Positions 11,201 to 19,400 of a stretch of DNA of 64,000 nt are shown in pieces; position 1 is the first letter of the stretch, and each line of letters begins with the position of its first letter. Position numbers and translations under genes: made by a program. The stretch lies in the NCBI GenBank assembly GCA_009859145.1, contig VRVR01000020.1:276063-340062 (forward strand), written 5' to 3'. The DNA comes from Andalucia godoyi And28 (taxonomy: Eukaryota; Protista; Jakobida). A model generated the notes under the pieces. The model did not search any database, was not told the DNA's origin, and saw only the letters and a program-made list of their open reading frames with translations.

Positions 11201-13626
11201 CGAGCCTTCAGAGACAGAAACTCGAATTTTTCAGTGCATTGTGCATCCAATCTGCGTTCCGGGGCCATGCAGCGCGCAAGGCCCTGGCTGCGCTGCGTCA
11301 AGAAAAGCTCGAAAACGAGTCCGCAACTGCCATTCAGTCCATTTTCCGGATGATGGTTGCCAAGGGCGTTCTCCGCACTCTCAAGCAAGAGAAACTCGAA
11401 CAGGACTCCGCACTAGCCATGCAGTGTGCGTATCGCTCATACCTCGCCCGAAAGGCCCTGTATGAACTGCGCCAGCAAAAGCTCGAGCTGGACTCGGCAA
11501 TTAAGATCCAGTGTGCCTTCCGTTCTCATGTATCGCGCCAGCTGCTGTCTTCCTTGAAACTTGCAAAACTGCAGCTCGATTCCGCGATTCGCATTCAGAG
11601 TAATTTCCGCGCGTTTTCTGCTAGACAGCTGCTCGCAAGACTGAGGCAGGCGAAATTGGAGCTCACTTCCGCGTTGACGGTGCAGTGTGCGTTCCGATCC
11701 TTTGTAGCCCGCCGCGTGCTTAGTCGGTTGCGACAGGATCGTCTCGAGTTCGAGTCCTCCATTAAGATTCAGTGCGCAATTCGTTCTCTGTTTGCTCGGA
11801 AGCGTCTTGCTGTTCTCAAGCAGAAGAAGCTTGAGTTGGACTCGGCAATCACGGTGCAATGTGCATTCCGCTCTTTCTGCGCTCGGCGAGCTCTTGCCGC
11901 GCTGAAGCAAGAAAAGCTGGAAACGGACTGTGCAATTGCAGTGCAGTGTGCGTGGCGTTGCCTGGCAGCACGGAAGTCTCTCGCTGTTTTGCGGCAGCAG
12001 AAGATTGAGCAGGATAGCTCGCGTGTCATTCAGTGCGCCTATCGTTGTTATGCAGCGCGCTGCGCTCTTGCGACATTGAAACTCGCGGAGCTGCGCAAGA
12101 ATTCTGCGATTGTGATCCAGTGTGCCTTCCGCTCTTTTGTTTCCAGAACGGCACTGGCTGCATTGCGTCAAGAACGACGACGGCTGTTGGCGGCAGTAAC
12201 GATCCAGTCTGCTGCGAGAATGTTTGCTGGAAAGAAGGTGGTTCGTGCAATGCGACAAGGAGAGTTGGAGCGTGTTTCAGCGACAAAGCTGCAATGTTTT
12301 GTCCGCGTTCTTCGTGCAAAGGCGGTTCTTCGTGCCTTGCAGGTTGAAAGACTGCAGTGGAACTCTGCCATCCGAATTCAGTCAGCTTTCCGTATGCTTT
12401 GTGGAAAGCGTGTGTTGAACAACCTCAAGCTGGAGAAGAAGCGGTGGCAGTGCGCAGTTTGCATCCAGTCTGTGGCACGGCAGATGTTTGCGCGTGCCGC
12501 ACTTCGAGCACTTCGCCATGAAAGGCTGGTCCTGACTTCGGCTATTCGGCTCCAGAGCGTCTTCCGGATGCATTGTGGCAAGAAGGTTGCTGCTGCTCTG
12601 GCTTTGCAAAAACGTCGGGTCCGTTCTGCCACCGCTTTGCAAGCCATCTTCCGTGGCCGACGGGCTCGCTTTGTTGCACAGAGAATTCGTGAGGCCCGTG
12701 CGCGTGCAGCGTCCTTGGAGTACAAGCGCGAGTCTTCGTCCATTGTGATTCAGAGAATCTGGAGGGGATACGTTGTTCGCCGCCAGCTGTCTGTTGCGAG
12801 TCAGCAAAAGGAGACGACGGCTGCGCATGTGCAGGCTTCTCGCACTTCGAAGAGACTGTATGCGTTGCGTGAGCGTTTGCACCAGGCGACAGTGCGCGCA
12901 CGGAATGCTCCGGAGCTGATTCTGTCGAACAGGACTGCTTCCGCGCTTGCTGTCCTCTTATCCTCGAAGCAGCTGTCGCTGGTCATCCAGGCTTGTGCGT
13001 CTCTCCAGACCACAGTGGCCTTGTCTTCCGTATGCGCAGAGTGTTTGTGTAACTCGGGTGCGATCCCTGTGCTGGTTGGTCTGATTCAGCGATGCAACAG
13101 ATCGACTCCGCACATTCAGGTGCTTCGACATGTATTGAACATGTTTTTGCTGTTGACGTCTTCGCAAAACGCAGGGAAGTGTGTTCCGACAATGCTTGCC
13201 TGCGAGGAACTTCCCGAGATGATGGCCGAGGTCCTGCAGATGTTCCGTGACAAGGAGGATATTTTCATTCGAGCTTGCTTGGTCATGTCTCAGCTTACCC
13301 GTGCTGCTGGCGCAGAAAAGATTGTCAATATGATTCCTGATGGTCCTCGACGCATCAGGGCACTCGTGACGATCATGGATCGCAAGAATGCCATCTCACG
13401 CAAGATGAACAAGGAAAACCTCTCAAGCTCCAGCGGGCCATCGAAGAACGGAGCAGCACCTGCAAAGGATGCACTTTCGTCTTCAAAGCGCATTGGAAAG
13501 GAAATCGATGTCAGCCGACTGCTGAATTCCTCTTCCGACAAGGACATGGACATCAAGACGGAAGAGTGCATTGACGCCGCCAAGAAGCTCATTTCGCTGT
13601 GGTCTGTCAGTGACCTCGATTTGTAA
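8215..13626 (+). CDS. ASPM: Abnormal spindle-like microcephaly-associated protein homolog (ASH, CH, ~26 IQ motifs, C-terminal ARM-like region)
   Basis: 1803-aa intronless ORF. N-terminal Ig-like ASH segment (LDFGMLL...LRLRNVSS), calponin-homology motif EDILHGHRDATVALLWRVF, long IQxxxR array, C-terminal LIQRCNRSTPH typical of Asp/ASPM. Confidence 0.9.
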   Translation: MFNTPASNKENVAVSIFSPLSDSPVPVLLVPKKRSVSQHNPSALANITNQHTANVNIMSNINISNNKPVADALLELTDALPTAHLDFGMLLPSSPEMSLVLRLRNVSSRALVVSFERFPFGSGMGVADTTVTVREHTERDIAITFAVDRVPDTKDAVVCSFSAVIRDVSASGDTGKEITRARVALRAEVNRFGGARKRSSSTSGNGSGNTVQPAAKRRSADQQADKSEILSGDRNGEYAVPVRNSRVVRNPKGENQKAASNKSAPGIDAIVASGRGAVFRSEGFWDKQEFALSQLWNRLVVGFHAPSVNSVNRVAAAGDLVPVFMNVLGTEAGLFRCIEAFMDAKWDVLVAGSKEYDSVDVDHRRTMANVLSWIEPGVWDACFQVLYPHAPQKRHGLLECNIREIMMAVILVDTALTRSGVTHSIRVFAEKSPVNSTHGFLSAMLKHFSGQPASFLSQMRIATAFQLSYADPLMAASSENLRVTDIVADLREPTRWIALASWTAKMPIGSWCEKWGVRRELLGSRIRTKKSRVALVAKAVESILQSSSSSSASSENAKKAVLAAHSKTSNRDSSDNKKNDAIDFAELFAEDILHGHRDATVALLWRVFGEHVMNDSVIPVSWLLANAAVSQDKSHLSCSGWEEALRMWTCSALRIASSEWMKLDSDAFWRAAFKKGAIFNTILDAYVCRRSKDDKNADFEGEEPWRIFVRRIRQLDPLTPILLSASDMFDSSGSDTSSFVHPTVIRAQVALTAAVLYHQESLRRAVQVVEKLRQKKNACRAKARSTLQRFGKRVVLMRRSAIKIQGAVRMHKQRSEYQNVRRATVRVQSVMRMAIQQARFHKLRNATLCVQALFRFRKARQAATALQSVFRGFCARKLLAELRHQKLREDSAVRIQNMYRSFCARNVLRDLKQARKERLAASRIQSVFRSHMAQQILAQLKQARLELMSAIKLQSVFRSYKARCLLRELQQAKLELDSAINIQCAFRVFRAKRELASLQRQKLEFFSALCIQSAFRGHAARKALAALRQEKLENESATAIQSIFRMMVAKGVLRTLKQEKLEQDSALAMQCAYRSYLARKALYELRQQKLELDSAIKIQCAFRSHVSRQLLSSLKLAKLQLDSAIRIQSNFRAFSARQLLARLRQAKLELTSALTVQCAFRSFVARRVLSRLRQDRLEFESSIKIQCAIRSLFARKRLAVLKQKKLELDSAITVQCAFRSFCARRALAALKQEKLETDCAIAVQCAWRCLAARKSLAVLRQQKIEQDSSRVIQCAYRCYAARCALATLKLAELRKNSAIVIQCAFRSFVSRTALAALRQERRRLLAAVTIQSAARMFAGKKVVRAMRQGELERVSATKLQCFVRVLRAKAVLRALQVERLQWNSAIRIQSAFRMLCGKRVLNNLKLEKKRWQCAVCIQSVARQMFARAALRALRHERLVLTSAIRLQSVFRMHCGKKVAAALALQKRRVRSATALQAIFRGRRARFVAQRIREARARAASLEYKRESSSIVIQRIWRGYVVRRQLSVASQQKETTAAHVQASRTSKRLYALRERLHQATVRARNAPELILSNRTASALAVLLSSKQLSLVIQACASLQTTVALSSVCAECLCNSGAIPVLVGLIQRCNRSTPHIQVLRHVLNMFLLLTSSQNAGKCVPTMLACEELPEMMAEVLQMFRDKEDIFIRACLVMSQLTRAAGAEKIVNMIPDGPRRIRALVTIMDRKNAISRKMNKENLSSSSGPSKNGAAPAKDALSSSKRIGKEIDVSRLLNSSSDKDMDIKTEECIDAAKKLISLWSVSDLDL
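10798..12711 (+). repeat. Coding tandem array of IQ motifs with 29-aa (87-nt) period
   Basis: Motif starts at 10798 (AATALQSVFR) and 12625 (SATALQAIFR) are 1827 nt = 21 x 87 nt apart; every intervening unit read by eye is 29 aa, consensus SAIxIQCAFRSxxARxxLxxLRQxKLExD. Confidence 0.9.
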
Positions 13627-14004
13627 TTTTTTTACGATATCATTTTTATGTTTTATATAATGTTATGCTGTGTTATGCTATGCAATGCTGTTTATTGTGA
13701 AGTCGACTAATCTTGCAATACTCGTCATTTTGATAAACCTGAGAACGTCTCCATCTTTTCAGCGGGTCCACCGCTGCCACTAATTGCGATATGATGAAGC
13801 AGTCGGAAGCGCACGCAAACAAAAAACACTGCCACGCGCCCATGGGCATGCGTTTGTTATCTTAAACAACTCCGTCACACGATGCCCGATTCGTTTCGCC
13901 CCATTTTGATCATGAAATCCCTATAAACACGCCGCCACATTGCATTCTCGCACAGCGACGCTCATTTCTTATTTTTATTTTTATTGTTATTGTCCATGCA
14001 ATGC

Positions 14005-14147
14005 AACATCTATCTTGGGAACGTCGCTCATGCCGAGGGGCGTGTTGGGGCCTACCCCCTTCCCAATCATGCTGTGCATGTTGTTGGGTTGCGACATTGA
14101 TTATGGGTGATCGGCGATGATTATCCGTGGTCGGTGTACTATGTAGG
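14005..14147 (+). ncRNA. Putative stand-alone Fanzor/TnpB omegaRNA scaffold (copy B); putative guide follows from 14148
   Basis: Shares GGCGTGTTGGGGCCTAyCCCCTTCCC (14039-14064, 25/26 identical) and terminal CrGTGTAywATGTAGG (13/16) with the element at 34154-34272 (minus), which adjoins a TnpB remnant. Hand-folded stems: GGGG-CCTAC-CCCC; CCCAA..CATGC-TGT-GCATG..TTGGG; an 11-bp stem with GCGA tetraloop. Loop CCTAC is complementary to terminal GTAGG. Confidence 0.75.
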
Positions 14148-14444
14148 CACTGTGCGTTTCTGAATATATCCCTGCTGTAGTGACGCACACCTACCCCCGT
14201 CCACAGACTGGCACGCTCCAGCAACCTCGCAATCCGTGCGTTGGATTTCCAGCATTCGGAGCATTTTCTGTTTTCCCTCCACTTCGTCCACCAACTATAG
14301 AATTCGAGATAAAAAGCCTCTGCATTTCACGTTCTTCTGCTTTCTTTTCTGTTATTTTCTTTTCTTTTTTCTTTTCTTTTCTTCTTCGTTTCATATCATA
14401 TCTTTAGTGCCAATCTACTACTAAGCATCCTTATTATTTTTATA

Positions 14445-14837
14445 ATGGCCCCCAAGACCGCCGCAAAGAAAGTCGCCTCGAAGGCCACCAAGTCTGTCGA
14501 GAAGCCCGCCGCCGCCGCTCCCGCTGCGTCCTCGGACAAGAAGAAGCGCTCCAAGCGCCGCGAGGAGACCTTCTCGTCGTACATCTACAAGGTTCTCCGC
14601 CAGGTTCACTCGGACATTGGCATTTCGACCCGCGCCATGGGCATCATGAACTCGTTTATCAACGATGTGTTCGAGCGCATTGCCACCGAGGCCTCACGTC
14701 TGTCTCGCTACAACAAGACCAAGACGCTGTCGTCCCGCGAAATCCAGACTGCAGTCCGCCTGGTTCTCCCCGGTGAGCTTGCCAAGCACGCCGTCTCCGA
14801 AGGAACCAAGGCCGTCTCCAAGTTCTCGTCTGCTTAA
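14445..14837 (+). CDS. H2B: Histone H2B
   Basis: [15 protein letters not shown]...[32 protein letters not shown]; intronless, strongly biased codon usage. Confidence 0.98.
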   Translation: MAPKTAAKKVASKATKSVEKPAAAAPAASSDKKKRSKRREETFSSYIYKVLRQVHSDIGISTRAMGIMNSFINDVFERIATEASRLSRYNKTKTLSSREIQTAVRLVLPGELAKHAVSEGTKAVSKFSSA

Positions 14838-14974
14838 ATTAATTGTATTTGCAACGCTTCCGGGAAAAAGGACACAGGAAAAATGTACTATAAAGCAACC
14901 AAAGAATAAACAAACAGGTCGTCCGGGTCGCTTCAGTTTTTTACTTGTTTTCAGTTTTCTTTTGTGGCCAGCAT

Positions 14975-17491
14975 TCAAGTGACGAGGGGTGCAGAACTTG
15001 CTGGCCGGAGAATAGACAGCCCGGGGTCGATGCTGCTGCCCGCAAGTCCCATGAGACTCTTCACGTTTGCCCGAGCCACGAGATCAGGGGTAAACTCCAC
15101 GTCTGGGACTCCAATTGGACCGAACTCTCGATTATGCTTCTCTGCACACTGGCGAAAGGTGTCGGCAAGCTCGTCGGCGGCGATAGCAAAGTTGGTCTGC
15201 TCCTGCACTACGGCGAACTGCCAGAATGCGGCAGCTTCTCCGGTCGCTGCTATTGACTTTCGGCGAGCAGCCATGATGGGTAGAGTCTGCTGGACCATGT
15301 TTTGCGAGGAATGTTGCACATCCATGAGGTCCATTGCCGATGATTTGCGAGCCGGCTGATTCGATAATGAGACAAACGGAGATATATTCGAGAATCCATC
15401 ACTTTGAGAGCTGGATATCGAGGCAGAAGCCATTGCCATTACTGCCGATGGCTGAATGTGTCGCCGCTGCAGAGCGTGTTTGCGCAACGGAACCATGGTT
15501 CGGTCCGGGAATTCCATTCCAAGAGGAGTACCGCTCGCAGAGCGAGGAGCACCTGTGCTGCCTCGGCGGAACATCTCGTCCCACGATTCTCGATGAACGT
15601 ACGGCTTGCAGCCAATCCCCATCGAATCCGAAGGCCGATCAACAATTCGTGGATTGTACTTGGATCTTGAATACGATGCAGGCATCGACCCTGTTTTCAA
15701 CAGCAGCGCGTGTGGTGGTGGTGGCGGCGGCGACGGAGCCAATGGTAACGTTGACACGGATACGGATGCTGCTGCTGCTGCATCCGCTGGAGTCTGTGAG
15801 CGCGCGGCGGACGACGACGGTCCTTCACGACCATGCAGAAAGCTCACTTGTTTCGACGGTTTTTCCTCGCAATCTGATCGCGGCACCGAATGCCATCGGT
15901 GTATTCTCCGCGAATCGACGACGTCGTCGCTTGGGTAGTAGGTCCGGGGATCTGCGCCAAGTTTGCCATTATGCCGGACGGCTCGATCAAACGTCGGAGC
16001 ATCCACGAGATCGGAGTCGGAATCGGGGACATCCATGTCGTAGGACAGCGACGACACCATGGATCCCAAATCAAGGTCTGAGGCTGTTGCAATCTTCATT
16101 TCTGGGAGCTTGAGGTTCTTCAGAGATGAAGAGTCTGATTGCGAGCTTCCTGCGCTGTCGTCGGTGTCGGTGCGGGGCTGGGAGACAGAGATACGGGGTG
16201 GCGAATCGCTGTGAATACGCACCGTGTTCATTGTGGAAGTAGACTGGATGCTCCGCCCCCCACTCTCCGGGCTGTCGTCCTCTTCCTCTCCAGCCGACCC
16301 TTCGACAAACTCGGGGTCTGCATCGAAGCCATCAAACGACAGCTCTTCGGACGATCGACTTGTGGAAGCCTTCCGAGCACCGCGAAGCCTGTCCAGTTTG
16401 CTCTGCAAGTATTTGGGCTCGACAACATTGTCGTCCTCAAACACGATCCCTGACTGGAATGTCGACGCTGCTCGCAGTCGTCGGAATTCCTGCGATTTCT
16501 GATGACTTTGTGAACCACCAGTCACCGGAGACCCAGAAGAAGCATTCGAGGATGCCAACGACAAGGAGGAGCTCTCACGAGCAGAAAGAAAACCGGCATT
16601 CTTGGTATCTTGCGCATCAGGGTTCTTGTTGCGCACCGATTCTGCAGAGCCAGACAATCGGCTTGGAGCCCGGTTCGAGACGGACCGGGCAGCTGTCGTG
16701 TTGCTATGGGGTAAGGACAGCGACATGTCTGGCGGCTGTCTTACCGGGAACTCGACATCGATTCTTCCCTGCCGATTCGCAAAGGACGCGAAAAGCATGT
16801 CACTGACGATGCTGCGTGGGATCCCGCGATACCGCAAATTGCTCGACATGAGCGACCCAAACTCATCCGGCTCCACGGAGGATATGGGACATACATAGAT
16901 GGAGGATTTTCGAGCATGAAATGGAGGATCCTGCCGGTCGGCTAAACGAAGATGCAAGTCCTCTGCGTGCAACAAGTTGCTGAAAGTCTGGCGATCGACA
17001 AGATGATGATTCAACCGTGACAAATCGTCGTACTCTAGCACGGGCAGAGTCGTCCAGTGTATGGAGATTTCACCCAGGTATTTTGGGGCTTCCGAGCCGG
17101 CTTCGTCGCAAAACGGTTGTCCACCCATCTTGGTCAAGAGCACCTTGAGAGTGTAGCGATGCTCTGCGGGCATGCCTGCGTCAATGAGCACGAGCAGCGA
17201 CGTCGACCAAACGTCAGCAGAGAATGCTTTTCCAAACCGGACCGCACATTCTTCCCCTTCAAATGTCTCATGGAAGCTTCCGCGACAATGAGAATGCGAA
17301 CGTTCCGGGGACTTGGGCGACACCCTGGCGCACACACAAGAAACACTGTACGTTTTCAACGGATGCTTTGGTCTGCAATGCATTTGAATGGGAATGCGGT
17401 ACCGACTGTGCGCTCTACAAACACCGAAGGATATACCATTTGTAGTATTCACTCCAAATTCAACTGAACACTCGTCACATTCAAACTTCAT
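14975..17491 (-). CDS. Hypothetical protein, 838 aa (folded N-terminal region, long Ser/Pro-rich middle, short helical C-terminal region)
   Basis: Long ATG-initiated ORF with protein-like composition; no family recognised. KYLGEISIHWTTLP is faintly C2-domain-like. Confidence 0.75.
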   Translation of the reverse strand: MKFECDECSVEFGVNTTNGISFGVCRAHSRYRIPIQMHCRPKHPLKTYSVSCVCARVSPKSPERSHSHCRGSFHETFEGEECAVRFGKAFSADVWSTSLLVLIDAGMPAEHRYTLKVLLTKMGGQPFCDEAGSEAPKYLGEISIHWTTLPVLEYDDLSRLNHHLVDRQTFSNLLHAEDLHLRLADRQDPPFHARKSSIYVCPISSVEPDEFGSLMSSNLRYRGIPRSIVSDMLFASFANRQGRIDVEFPVRQPPDMSLSLPHSNTTAARSVSNRAPSRLSGSAESVRNKNPDAQDTKNAGFLSARESSSLSLASSNASSGSPVTGGSQSHQKSQEFRRLRAASTFQSGIVFEDDNVVEPKYLQSKLDRLRGARKASTSRSSEELSFDGFDADPEFVEGSAGEEEDDSPESGGRSIQSTSTMNTVRIHSDSPPRISVSQPRTDTDDSAGSSQSDSSSLKNLKLPEMKIATASDLDLGSMVSSLSYDMDVPDSDSDLVDAPTFDRAVRHNGKLGADPRTYYPSDDVVDSRRIHRWHSVPRSDCEEKPSKQVSFLHGREGPSSSAARSQTPADAAAAASVSVSTLPLAPSPPPPPPHALLLKTGSMPASYSRSKYNPRIVDRPSDSMGIGCKPYVHRESWDEMFRRGSTGAPRSASGTPLGMEFPDRTMVPLRKHALQRRHIQPSAVMAMASASISSSQSDGFSNISPFVSLSNQPARKSSAMDLMDVQHSSQNMVQQTLPIMAARRKSIAATGEAAAFWQFAVVQEQTNFAIAADELADTFRQCAEKHNREFGPIGVPDVEFTPDLVARANVKSLMGLAGSSIDPGLSILRPASSAPLVT

Positions 17492-18159
17492 TCTTTCGTG
17501 TTTCTCTTCTTCTTCTTCTTATTTCCCTTTCCTTTCCCTCCCTTCCTTTTCTTATACTGTTTTGCACAACGTATGTTACAACAACAACAACAAAAAAACA
17601 CCCCCCAAAAAGACAGAGGGTGGGAAAATGCAAAATCGTTACCTCCTCACCTTTACGAAAAAAACAAGAACACTTAAAAAGATAAGCAGTACTTTAGAAG
17701 TAACAACAACAAACCATGCAAAACGACGGAAAATAAAACGCTACGCGAAAAGAAGGGAGAATAAAGACGACACAGCGAAAAAACAGATGACCGCGTTCGA
17801 GCCGCCGTCAAGGCTTTTTCTACCAATGATCCGTTCGTTCAAACATATTTGAGCACAACGGGAGAAACGTGGGGGAAGAGAGAGCAGCCTTGGCAGAATA
17901 TGTATCAAAGAAGTTCTAGTTGAACTGCAATGCAGTGTTCCCGCGAACCCCTCTGATCAACTCGGCGTCCCCACACCCAGCGTACCCCTGTGCCCAGACC
18001 TCGAGCCGATGCTGATTTCTATATCAGGAAATTGCAAATGGTGCATACGACCTTCGTCCATTTGCTTATCCGGACGCTACAACACCATTTGCGGAAAGCG
18101 CGTGCCTCGGCCCTTTTTGTGTGTGTGCTCTGTCCTCATTTTTCCAACACCTGAGAGAA

Positions 18160-18579
18160 TTAACTGCAGCCGTTGGACGAGGAGGAAGAAGAAGGAGACG
18201 AAGCGGGTCCCAATGAGCGCATGAATTCAGGCAACTGCATCAGGAAATCCAAGTTAATGTCCTGTCGTTTCTGTGCTTCATCGATGCATTTTCTCCGTGA
18301 TTCGATCTGTCTGTATGTTCTGGCAACTTCAGAATCCGATGCAACAGAGTACCGCACAGCATCCGATGGCACAGTCTCTGTTGCTCTTGAATCGATGGAA
18401 ATCCGCGACACACTCATCATGGAGGCCAGCACAGAGTCATGCTCCACACGGGCGAGCTCCTCCTCTACAGTGACTGCCGTTGCTTCCTGTTCGACTCGGT
18501 CTGCAGGAATCGATCCAAGAGCCTCTTGGATGACATGCGGAGTCGTGGATGACTCCCTCGTCAACTCTCCATCACTCAT
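18160..18579 (-). CDS. Hypothetical protein, ~139 aa
   Basis: First ATG at 18579 in ORF 18160..18621; acidic N-terminus and a helical segment (EVARTYRQIESRRKCIDEAQKRQDINLDFL); no family recognised. Confidence 0.55.
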   Translation of the reverse strand: MSDGELTRESSTTPHVIQEALGSIPADRVEQEATAVTVEEELARVEHDSVLASMMSVSRISIDSRATETVPSDAVRYSVASDSEVARTYRQIESRRKCIDEAQKRQDINLDFLMQLPEFMRSLGPASSPSSSSSSNGCS

Positions 18580-18793
18580 AGTCTGTCTGCCTGTCTTCGT
18601 TTGTCCACAAACCTCGTCCACACCTCTCGTCGATTCGATGTGATCTGCTCTGCGAGCGGCCTACAAGTAGTTTAAAAAAGTGGTTTCCCGGGTTTTCTTC
18701 CAGCAGAAACTTGGTGTTCGACATGTGTCGATTCCTAAGGGCGAACATCTATCCGAGTGTCGCAACTATTCCTATCGAATCCCAAGGCGATCC

Positions 18794-18821
18794 GAGTTCA
18801 GAGTTCAGAGTTCAGAGTTCA
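18794..18821 (+). repeat. (GAGTTCA)x4 tandem repeat upstream of LSM6
   Basis: Directly visible heptamer array ending ~77 nt before the LSM6 ATG. Confidence 0.9.
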
Positions 18822-18897
18822 GACCGTCGCGGTGAAGAAGGAAGGGTGTGTTTAAGGAATAGAAAAGGGAAAAGCGAGGGAGCTGAATTACGAAACA

Positions 18898-19134
18898 ATG
18901 AACCCGTCTGTGAAGCCTCCTCATATGTATCTGTCGTCGGTTCTTGGGAAGCCATGCGTTGTGAAGCTGTCGACGGGATCCGAGTTCCGAGGTGTGTTGG
19001 CAGGCATTGATCCGTTCATGAACGTCGTAATGGAGCAAACAGAAGAGTTTGATGAGAACGGAAAGATCCGCAACCGGTACGGAGATACTGTCATTCGAGG
19101 CAATAACGTCCTCTATGTCACTTCTGCGCACTAA
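18898..19134 (+). CDS. LSM6: U6 snRNA-associated Sm-like protein LSm6
   Basis: LGKPCVVKLSTGSEFRGVLAGIDPFMNVVMEQTEE...YGDTVIRGNNVLYV; MEQTEE and YGD..IRGNNV indicate LSm6 rather than SmF (IRCNNV). Confidence 0.92.
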   Translation: MNPSVKPPHMYLSSVLGKPCVVKLSTGSEFRGVLAGIDPFMNVVMEQTEEFDENGKIRNRYGDTVIRGNNVLYVTSAH

Positions 19135-19400
19135 ATCTCTTATCCACTTCGAATGCTACGGCCATTGTTGTCACCAACAAACATCATTGGATCTCGTGTT
19201 CTCTCTTTGTTTTTAATGTAGATTTGAATCATTCACTCACACAGTAAATCTAATGGGATTTATTTCCTTTTCTCATGTCCAAGTCATGCACTGGGCCACG
19301 AGCCACCACGGAAACAGCAGTCGTGCAAGTATCCCGTCCTACAGCTTCATTATGAAGCACACAATAGTACTGATAGTAATAACAATAATCGTAGTATGCG

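Noticed and set aside
14838-14960. Possible histone 3' stem-loop after H2B
   Set aside because: No GGYYYTT..ARRRCC hairpin seen.
17940-18000. G-rich GTGTGGGG stretch (minus strand), and TGTGGGGCC at ~29912, as possible third omegaRNA copies
   Set aside because: They lack the GGGG-CCTAy-CCCC hairpin and the ATGTAGG terminus.
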